A DNA stretch of 64,000 nucleotides from a virus, in the IMG/VR virus record IMGVR_UViG_3300037187_000003, positions 7,418 through 71,417 of that record; one strand, written 5' to 3'. Position 1 is the first letter of the stretch. Each line of letters begins with the position of its first letter. Position numbers and translations under genes: made by a program. The notes under the pieces were generated by a model. That model saw only the letters and a list, made by a program, of their open reading frames with translations, did not search any database and had not been told where the DNA came from. Below are positions 46,276-53,079 of this stretch, piece by piece.

Positions 46276-47901
46276 ATGGTCAATCATCCGCACCGCAAGC
46301 GTCGCGCAACGGCCACCGCCGCAATGGCGACCGTTGCCGAATATGACCACGAAGCCGACTACAGCAACCTACGCAATTCGGTGCGGGAGGCATTCGCCGC
46401 CGCGCTCACCGCCGGCCGCCTGTTCACCACCGATGCGTCCGACCTGTTCGGCCTTTACCTCGATAAACTGCCGGGCGAGCGACAGGTCCACAACTGCACC
46501 GCCTGCCGCCGCTTCGTGAAGGACTACGGGGGGCTAGTTGCTATCGACGCGGCTGGCCGGGCTATCCCTGCGATGTGGGATGTTTCGGCGGCGCCGGACT
46601 ATTACGGTGTGACTGTGCTTACTCTGCGATCTGCCGTTCGGAAGGCGCGTGTCACTGGCCCATTCATGTCCCGTGAAGGCGTGTGGGGCATCCCGCGCAC
46701 CGGGGAATGGTCGCACTTCGCCGTCGAGCCGCCGGCCAGCATGAAGTTCCGCCACGGCATCTTGACGCCGAATCAGGCGATGGCGGCCAAGCGTGAGGAT
46801 TTCCGCACTGTAGCAACGGCGCTGGCTGACTTCACCCCGGCGATGCTGGTGGAAGCCCTACGACTGCTGGAAGCCGAGACGCTGGCACGCAGCGAGCATT
46901 TCATCGGCCCAGTGAAGTGGCTGGCCGATCTGCACGCGGCCCGCTCGGCGGCGAAGGATAGCCGCATCCGCGACAATCTGCTGTGGCGCGCGGTTGCTGC
47001 GGCGCCGGACGGCTTCTGCCATCCACGCGCATCGGTGGTTGGTTCACTGTTGGAGGACATTGCCGCCGGGCTGGCCTTTGCCGACATCAAGGCGCGGTTC
47101 AACGCCAAACTGCATCCATTGCAGTATCAGCGTCCGCAGGCCGCGCCATCCGCTGGCAACATCGCCGCTGCTGAGAAGATCGTTGAGCAGATGGGCATTG
47201 CGCCATCGCTGGAACGCCGATTCGCGAGGCTGGACGAATTGGAGGCTATCTGGAAGCCGAAGGCTCCGCACGCAGCGCCGAAGGGCGCTGGCGTGTTCAG
47301 CCATTTGCAGTCCAAAGATGCCGCCGAATCTGTCGCGGTGGACATGCCGGCGCTGACGATGACGTGGGCCAAGTTCGTGGCGACAATTTTGCCGGGAGCC
47401 GAAGCGATGCAGTTCGCTGTGCCAGCGCACGGCAGCTTCATCGCCTTCACGTCCGCCGCCAACATGGACGCGCCGCCGATCCTCAAATGGGACCGGGAGG
47501 ACAAGCGCAACCCCGTCGCATGGTACGTCTACCATAACGGATCGGGCGCGTCGCAGTGGGGGTTGCGCGTTGGATGGTGCAAGGTGAATGCCGCGTGCCT
47601 TCCGCCGTCACAGTGGGGCGACAAGCCGATGCCGGAACTTGGGACCGGCGTCGTCCTCGTGCTGGACGGCGCTGCCGACACACGCAGCGGACAGGGCAAT
47701 GCGCTGTTTCCGGAGACCCTTCGCGGCGAGTTGCATGCCGTGCGGGCGACCATCGAAGCATACTCCAAACGCGCCGAAATTGGCGGTCGCGAGGAAGCGT
47801 CGGCGTGCGGCTATCATCTGGGAAAGGGCCGCATCGACGTGATGTTGCGCGTCACCAGCGGTGGACGAGCGACGGACTATCGGATTGATCGCTGGGACTG
47901 A
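46276..47901 (+). CDS. large conserved phage protein of unknown function (541 aa)
   Basis: GGGAG RBS; HNCTACRRF metal-binding motif; WSHF, YQRP and ATIEAYS motifs. Confidence 0.85.
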   Translation: MVNHPHRKRRATATAAMATVAEYDHEADYSNLRNSVREAFAAALTAGRLFTTDASDLFGLYLDKLPGERQVHNCTACRRFVKDYGGLVAIDAAGRAIPAMWDVSAAPDYYGVTVLTLRSAVRKARVTGPFMSREGVWGIPRTGEWSHFAVEPPASMKFRHGILTPNQAMAAKREDFRTVATALADFTPAMLVEALRLLEAETLARSEHFIGPVKWLADLHAARSAAKDSRIRDNLLWRAVAAAPDGFCHPRASVVGSLLEDIAAGLAFADIKARFNAKLHPLQYQRPQAAPSAGNIAAAEKIVEQMGIAPSLERRFARLDELEAIWKPKAPHAAPKGAGVFSHLQSKDAAESVAVDMPALTMTWAKFVATILPGAEAMQFAVPAHGSFIAFTSAANMDAPPILKWDREDKRNPVAWYVYHNGSGASQWGLRVGWCKVNAACLPPSQWGDKPMPELGTGVVLVLDGAADTRSGQGNALFPETLRGELHAVRATIEAYSKRAEIGGREEASACGYHLGKGRIDVMLRVTSGGRATDYRIDRWD

Positions 47902-47939
47902 CGCTTGACGCGGCGGCTCGGGCGCGGGATGGTGCGGGC

Positions 47940-48091
47940 GCTGCGGCTGCTACAGCAGACGGCGGGAACCCGGTGCGCAGATCGGTCCGCCCTGGACGGA
48001 AATCGTTGCTGCGACGCACGATACTACCTCTCCGCAGTTTATCACGTTCCCCGACAAGCGGCGACCCGGCTCCGGCTGGGCCGCCGCTCTT
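47940..48091 (+). ncRNA. candidate small structured RNA
   Basis: Preceded by TTGACG-N17-GATGGT. Crossing helices 47941-46/48032-37 and 47964-69/48046-51; terminal cUCCGg hairpin at 48057-48088. Confidence 0.4.
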
Positions 48092-48129
48092 GCGGAACGG
48101 CGTGGACAAATATACATTCCACGAACTGA

Positions 48130-48205
48130 TGCGGCTGTAGAGGACCGGCACCTCGGGAGTCTCATAAACTCCAAATAGCGGGTTCGATTCCCGCCGCCGC
48201 TACCA
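48130..48205 (+). tRNA. tRNA-Met(CAU), initiator-like but atypical
   Basis: D-stem GAGG/CCTC; anticodon arm GGAGT-CTCATAA-ACTCC; T-arm GCGGG-TTCGATT-CCCGC; ends ACCA. The acceptor stem has a 1:72 mismatch and one bulge. Confidence 0.85.
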
Positions 48206-48207
48206 AT

Positions 48208-48549
48208 CCAGCCACCCCGCCTCACCACGTTGCGGACTGACGAGCCGGACCTTGCGAACCGGCGTGGGAGGGTGGTATTACCGCCTCGCCGTGAGGACGC
48301 TCACAGCCGCCAGTTATCTGCCGGTCCGGACCGGACGCTGGCGATTATCGCGAAAGTCGGGAGCGCGGCACATTGCGCGCCGGGACTACGGTCCCGCCCG
48401 ACGGCGCGGTGTGGCAACCTGGCCGGAGTTTCTGTTTGCAACCCCACGAGTTGGGTGGCATAGTCGCCGGGCTGCGGCGGTAAACTGGCGATGTACGGGA
48501 TGAACCGAAACACGTAGTCCGCGACCAGAGAAGCGACGCGGGTGGCTGG
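48208..48549 (+). ncRNA. candidate large structured ncRNA (about 340 nt)
   Basis: Nested long-range helices 48208-20/48538-49, 48229-38/48516-25 and 48278-85/48476-83. Local GGGAC-UACG-GUCCC hairpin; no convincing ORF. Confidence 0.6.
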
Positions 48550-48650
48550 TATAAGTGGTGCATAGCACAGGAGCGATGGACGGGGCGGGAATCGCACGAG
48601 CCGGTGTCCAATACCTAAACGAAAACCGCGGCATCTTGGTCCCGCGCAGC

Positions 48651-48695
48651 ACAGAACGGCCCCAGGCGCCTCGCGCTTGAGGGCCGTTTCTGTTT
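48651..48695 (+). terminator. rho-independent terminator between convergent units
   Basis: Long hairpin ACAGAACGGCCC...GGGCCGTTTCTGT followed by T residues. Confidence 0.7.
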
Positions 48696-48698
48696 GGC

Positions 48699-48884
48699 CT
48701 ACCAGCGATGGTAGCCGAAGCCGCCGCCCAGACCTCCGAACAAAACGGCCAATACCAAAATCAGCACCAGCAATCCAACGATGCCGCCCATGCCGTTGTA
48801 GTTGCCCCCCGGCCCGACCCAGCCGGAGCGGTAGCCCCAGCCTCCTCCGCAGAGCAAAAGTATGAGGATTATGAGCAGGAGCAC
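48699..48884 (-). CDS. DUF3309-like small membrane protein
   Basis: LLLIILILLL.GGGWGY...GGIVGLLVLIL. Confidence 0.7.
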   Translation of the reverse strand: MLLLIILILLLCGGGWGYRSGWVGPGGNYNGMGGIVGLLVLILVLAVLFGGLGGGFGYHRW

Positions 48885-48905
48885 AGCACGCCTCCCTTGC
48901 CGGGG

Positions 48906-49226
48906 TTACGGTGCGGCTGCGACAGCCGCCGCCAACGCCGGTGTGCTGGCGACCAGCGAGGCGTTCAGCGCGGCGAACGCGGCAAGCTGGGCAGGCGTGG
49001 CGCCCGCTGCCGTGGCCGCGTTGACCGCCGCGGTAATGAGCGCGGGAATGCCCTGGATCAGCACGATCGCGGACGCTTCGCCGGCCTGGGCAGCCGCCAC
49101 GTTGGTTTGCAGCGCGGCAAGTTCGGCGGCGACGGTATCGACGGTTGCGGACATGGCGGCGAGGTCCTTCCTGATGGCGGCAAGCGTCGCCTGGATGGAA
49201 GCGAGGGCGGCGCGGGTTCCGAACAT
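48906..49226 (-). CDS. Ala-rich helical hypothetical protein
   Basis: SAIVLIQGI and LAAAVAA motifs. Confidence 0.65.
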   Translation of the reverse strand: MFGTRAALASIQATLAAIRKDLAAMSATVDTVAAELAALQTNVAAAQAGEASAIVLIQGIPALITAAVNAATAAGATPAQLAAFAALNASLVASTPALAAAVAAAP

Positions 49227-49384
49227 GGCCTGTATATGGTCATGCCTCGCCGGATTGCTACGAGGTCGGCCCGGCCCTCAATCGCTGAAGGATTTTGGGA
49301 CAACACCACCGACATGCTGGCTGGACTCCGGAAATCAGCCCCGAATTATGCGTGATTTTATGCGGCGCGATATGTAATATACCG

Positions 49385-49413
49385 TTGCATAGTGCGGGGA
49401 TGCGAGATATATC
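49385..49413 (+). promoter_or_regulatory. putative promoter of the RAMP cassette
   Basis: TTGCAT-N17-TATATC in an AT-rich intergenic region; TTATGCG occurs twice just upstream. Confidence 0.5.
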
Positions 49414-49445
49414 TAGCGGCACCAATATCTGCACGAGGTGCTAGG

Positions 49446-49691
49446 ATGGAGCCTGTGGAAGTTACCAGGAGACCCCGGCGCAAGTTGGAATATGTCCCCG
49501 ACGATCCGCTTTTGACGGCCGCCGAGACGGCCGCCGAACGCGGCCAAGCAGTCAGTACATTCTGGCGCGATGTGAAGGCAGGACGCCTTCCGCCGGCCTA
49601 TTATGTGTCGCCCCGGTGTCCACGGTGGCGCCGTTCGGAAGTCTTGGCCGGGATAGAGGCGACCCGCGCAGCGCCTGTTGCACAGAGGTAG
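49446..49691 (+). CDS. AlpA/excisionase-like HTH regulator
   Basis: GAGG RBS; LLTAAETA...VSTFWRDVKAGRLPP...RWRRSEV. Confidence 0.8.
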   Translation: MEPVEVTRRPRRKLEYVPDDPLLTAAETAAERGQAVSTFWRDVKAGRLPPAYYVSPRCPRWRRSEVLAGIEATRAAPVAQR

Positions 49692-49693
49692 AA

Positions 49694-50368
49694 ATGGCCC
49701 GCACTCCTAAGCCACTTACCGAAGCCCCCGCCGAGCAGATCACCATCAAACCGCCCAATATCAGGTCTCTTGAGATCGGGATTATCGGGATTGCCCCGCT
49801 GATGATTTGTCGGTTCAGCGCAAAGGCGATGGAACAGATGATGGCTACCCATCAAGCGGGTTCCACGGGCCGCACGAAGAAAGTGCGGGTAGCTCGCGAC
49901 TTCGATGCCGACTTCAACGGAGCGCGACATATCGCTGCCGATGGCTGGGATGGCATCCATGCTGCGGCGTTTCGCAATGGCATGATTTCGGCGTGCCGTC
50001 TGGTCGGCTTCAAGATGACGATCGCCAAACTGTCGGTTTTCGTTGACCCGGATGGTTTCGACGTGGTGGACGGCGTGCCTCTGGTCCGGATCATCAGCGA
50101 CAGCGCTCCGGCGAAGCGCATCATGCACACGCGCAACGCGACCGGCGTCATCGACCTTCGGGCGCGGCCAGCGTGGGATAAATGGTCCTGCAATCTCCGC
50201 ATCAACTATGATGCGGATCAGTTCACGGCGACGGATGTCGTCAATCTGCTTTCCCGCGTCGGCGCACAAGTCGGCGTTGGGGAGGGGCGGCCAGATAGCC
50301 GCTCAAGTGCCGGGATGGGGTTTGGTATGTTCCGGCTGGCTACCGCCGTCGATGAGGCGGCGGCGTGA
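49694..50368 (+). CDS. solo RAMP/Cas7-like RNA-binding protein (Vipr-like)
   Basis: N-terminal strand IGIIGIAPLMI; helix GIHAAAFRNGMISA (compare Cas7/Csm3 IPGSSLKGALR); C-terminal Gly-rich loop GVGEGRPDSRSSAGMGFGMF. The repeat array starts at the next base after its stop codon. Confidence 0.8.
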   Translation: MARTPKPLTEAPAEQITIKPPNIRSLEIGIIGIAPLMICRFSAKAMEQMMATHQAGSTGRTKKVRVARDFDADFNGARHIAADGWDGIHAAAFRNGMISACRLVGFKMTIAKLSVFVDPDGFDVVDGVPLVRIISDSAPAKRIMHTRNATGVIDLRARPAWDKWSCNLRINYDADQFTATDVVNLLSRVGAQVGVGEGRPDSRSSAGMGFGMFRLATAVDEAAA

Positions 50369-50618
50369 GGCAGGCGGCGTGGGGTTATGCGTCGTTCGGC
50401 GCCGCACCGCACGCATCGGCACGGCAGGCAAGCCACGACATCGGAGGGCACCATCTGGCCTGGCTCGGCAGGCGTCGCTTCGATTCGCGTCGCACGTCGC
50501 GGAGGGGCGTGGCAGGCGTGGCTTCGGATCGCGGCGCACGGAACGCCAACGCTCGGCAGGCTGCGCTTGGCAACGGACAGCGTTGCCCGGCGTGGCGTGG
50601 CTCGCTGCGGAATAGCAC
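50369..50618 (+). ncRNA. phased pentamer array: 5 units of GGCA + (SGY-NN)x8-12, putative guide RNAs
   Basis: GGCAGGC at 50369, 50423, 50467, 50511 and 50555 (spacing 54, 44, 44, 44, all 4+5n). Of 46 pentamers, position 1 is G/C in 42, position 2 is G in 39, position 3 is C/T in 38; positions 4-5 vary freely. Confidence 0.85.
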
Positions 50619-50623
50619 CAGGA

Positions 50624-50645
50624 GGCGGGAACCGCCGCGAGGCGG
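50624..50645 (+). other. GC-rich hairpin closing the array
   Basis: CCGCC-GCGA-GGCGG with a GNRA loop (50632-50645); alternative fold GGCGG-GAA-CCGCC. Confidence 0.55.
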
Positions 50646-50685
50646 GCAACGTCCATAAGTCCTTCCAATTTACAAGTTATTAAGA

Positions 50686-51327
50686 ATGCTAACTCAGACC
50701 CAGCGTGAACATCTGGAACTGATCCGCGCCTCCGCTGGCGGCACGCTGGCCCCGCAGGATGTGCTAACCGACGCACGCAATCCGAACTCGCCGCTGCACG
50801 ATCTGTTCCTCTGGAACGACAGCGAGGCGGCGGAAGCATATCGGCTGATCCAGGCACGCGAGGTTGTTCGCGTCGTGGTGCGGATGGCTCCGCGCCCCGC
50901 CCAGGAGACGACGCGGGTTGTGGTGAAGCGCGCCGAGCCACGAGCGTCACGCCCAGCCGTAACTGTGGTACCACGAGATCGAGAGGCGGCGACCTTCAAG
51001 GCGATCAGTGAAGGTATTGATCGTCTTGCAGCGGACCACGAAACTCCGCATTGGCAATTATTATTCGCTGAATTTCGCACATTACTGGCGAAACACACCC
51101 CAGCATCTTTGCTGCCTAGAATCCGCAATCGCAAGGATGGCGCATCCAATTATGCCGAAGGCGAGCCGGAGGCTGCTGATCTGGACCGCATCACGGCTTG
51201 GACAAAAGCAAACGCCCCAGACCTAAGATTCCGCGACTGGGAGGATTTGCGCCGGGTGAATGCACGCCGAGAAATGATGGGTTTCCCATGGTTCAAGCGA
51301 CCTTTGGGAAGGGGCGCAAGAACATAG
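50686..51327 (+). CDS. conserved partner protein of the RAMP/array locus
   Basis: GGTLAPQDVLTDARNPNSPLHDLFLWNDSEAAEAYRLIQAR domain, co-oriented directly after the array. Confidence 0.8.
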   Translation: MLTQTQREHLELIRASAGGTLAPQDVLTDARNPNSPLHDLFLWNDSEAAEAYRLIQAREVVRVVVRMAPRPAQETTRVVVKRAEPRASRPAVTVVPRDREAATFKAISEGIDRLAADHETPHWQLLFAEFRTLLAKHTPASLLPRIRNRKDGASNYAEGEPEAADLDRITAWTKANAPDLRFRDWEDLRRVNARREMMGFPWFKRPLGRGART

Positions 51328-51338
51328 GCCGCAGCATG

Positions 51339-51515
51339 TCACCCCACCCGATCCACCCACACCGGCCCGTCGCGCGTCATAGCGCGATCCTGCACCCGAT
51401 CGCACCGCGTGCACCAGCGGAGGTCGCCGTCCTCGATCCAGTCGTGACCATGCGCCCGGCACCACATGGCTTTGCCGGCGCCGGTCAGCATGTCGAGGCA
51501 GTCGGTGAGGGGCAT
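51339..51515 (-). CDS. small zinc-finger protein (DUF1660-like)
   Basis: Hand-translated WCRAHGHDW...WCTRC. Confidence 0.6.
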   Translation of the reverse strand: MPLTDCLDMLTGAGKAMWCRAHGHDWIEDGDLRWCTRCDRVQDRAMTRDGPVWVDRVG

Positions 51516-51516
51516 G

Positions 51517-51966
51517 TCAAGGCGTCGCCTCTGTCGCCGCGATCAGTTCCTCCGTCGCCCGGTCGCTCTCTGCCGCAGCGCGCCGTAACTCCTCTTTCGC
51601 CGCCGCCGTTGGATGGCCGTCCATAGCCGCCAGCGCCCGCTCGGCCAGCAACACCCGCCGCACCGCAGCACGCGCGGCAAGATCGGCCTGGTGGATGCGG
51701 TTCACGGACGCTGCGGTCGCCGTCCCGTTCGCCACGGTCGCGTTGATCGCGGGCACCTCGCCACGCTCGGCCTTGTCATAGGCGCGCGTCGCCGTGGTGG
51801 TGGCCTGGGATGGTATGTGCGCGGTCGGCTCGGGGGCTGGCGCTGGCTCCGGCGGATCGGCCCGCATCAGGTGCGCGGGAGGCGGCAGCGCCGTGTGCGG
51901 GGGCGTGGCGGGGGTGCAGGAGGCCAGGGCGAAGATCAAGGCGGACAGGTTGAGTGGTGCTCTCAT
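51517..51966 (-). CDS. lipoprotein, possible o-spanin
   Basis: Lipobox LASC, Pro-rich linker and helical tail. Confidence 0.6.
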   Translation of the reverse strand: MRAPLNLSALIFALASCTPATPPHTALPPPAHLMRADPPEPAPAPEPTAHIPSQATTTATRAYDKAERGEVPAINATVANGTATAASVNRIHQADLAARAAVRRVLLAERALAAMDGHPTAAAKEELRRAAAESDRATEELIAATEATP

Positions 51967-52382
51967 CTCACGCCCCCCTTCGGCTGCGACAGCGGCTCCC
52001 GAGCCGTCCGGTCCGCGATGGTCCCGAGGACGGCTTGCAACACCTTTACCTGCGTATTCGCGTCGTTAATTTTCTGTATGATATCCGCCTCGGCATCATG
52101 CTCTTTGTCGCGAAGGTCACCGATCCTTTGCGTGATGTCCGCTTCGGCTTGGCGCGCTTCGGCAGCGACAGTGTTAATCCGACGGTCAACATCCACGATG
52201 TTGCCTTGCAGCACGACGATCTTCCCGGCCGAGTCTGCAATGTCGCGCTGGACCGTCGTCACCTTGGCCGTCGTGGCGATCAGGAACCCGATCGAGCCGA
52301 ATATCAGTGAGCACACGAATATCGTCAGAGCCAGATTGTCCCTGATCCACGCTTTCAGAGGGGATGGCTGACGGTCGCTCAC
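51963..52382 (-). CDS. TM plus coiled-coil protein, possible i-spanin
   Basis: One N-terminal TM helix then heptads; ATGA-coupled to the lipoprotein gene. Confidence 0.55.
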   Translation of the reverse strand: MSDRQPSPLKAWIRDNLALTIFVCSLIFGSIGFLIATTAKVTTVQRDIADSAGKIVVLQGNIVDVDRRINTVAAEARQAEADITQRIGDLRDKEHDAEADIIQKINDANTQVKVLQAVLGTIADRTAREPLSQPKGGVR

Positions 52383-52672
52383 CGCGCCGCCACCCACCAG
52401 CACAGCAGCATCTCCGCCATGGCAACCGCGACGCACACTACGGACAGGAGGCGCGGCGACGGCATCAGTGGTGCCCCACATACATGAACACTGCCGCGAC
52501 CAGGGCGATGGCGAGCATCATCAGGAGGACGGCACGCCATTCCGGTGGCACGGCGGGGTTCTCCGCAGCGGGGATCAGCATCCTACCGCGTCAGGCGCGG
52601 CGGGGCAACGGGATTGCTACAGCCGTTCGACATATGTTGCAATACGCGCAACCTTGTGCTATCCGGTTGCGT

Positions 52673-52879
52673 ATGAAGACAGATGGCATAATAGGCTTCC
52701 GAGCAACGGCCAAACTGCGTAAAGCGCTGGAGACGGACGCAGCGGCCGAGATGCGTACGCTGTCAAACATGATCGTCGTGTTGCTGATGGAAGCGCGGGC
52801 GGCTCGGGCAAGCGCGGAAGCGGTCGAGGCGTTGCGGGTTGCCCGTGGCGCACCGCTGGCGACGCGGGAGGGGGAGTGA
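52673..52879 (+). CDS. Arc-like ribbon-helix-helix protein
   Basis: IGFRATAKLRKALETDAAAEMRTLSNMI. Confidence 0.65.
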   Translation: MKTDGIIGFRATAKLRKALETDAAAEMRTLSNMIVVLLMEARAARASAEAVEALRVARGAPLATREGE

Positions 52880-53076
52880 TGCGCTACGCCGCTATCATTG
52901 GGTGCGCGCTTCTCTACATTTCCGGTAGCATTGGCGCGCGACGCGCTCTCGATGTTGCGGACCCAACGAATAAGGGCGCCCTTAGCCATGTCGTCGCTTC
53001 CTACTTCTGGCCTATTTTGATTACGGCTGAAGTTGTGGAGCGACGCATGTTGTCGCTTCGGACATTGGAGAACTAA
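52876..53076 (+). CDS. small membrane protein
   Basis: Hydrophobic N-terminus and FWP motif. Confidence 0.55.
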   Translation: MMRYAAIIGCALLYISGSIGARRALDVADPTNKGALSHVVASYFWPILITAEVVERRMLSLRTLEN

Positions 53077-53079
53077 CCC

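Noticed and set aside
46157-48205. Stop-codon reassignment suggested by phage tRNAs
   Set aside because: Neither tRNA is a suppressor, and the recognisable genes are intact under the standard bacterial code.
48383-48520. Group I intron P7-like GACTA/TAGTC pairing
   Set aside because: No interrupted host gene is evident, and the 5' strand fits a local cUACGg hairpin better.
48232-48522. Hammerhead ribozyme (CTGACGAG ... CGAAAC)
   Set aside because: The stem I register would put G at the cleavage site rather than NUH, and stem II does not pair beyond one base pair.
50369-50618. CRISPR array call for the repeat region
   Set aside because: There are no 23-47-nt identical repeats with unique spacers. 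Constant bases are interleaved every 5 nt, and no cas1/cas2 is present.
50365-50683. ORFs over the array (50365..50658, 50387..50683, 50385..50618)
   Set aside because: The Arg/Gly/Ala-rich translations are by-products of a GC-rich 5-nt period, which does not fit codon structure.
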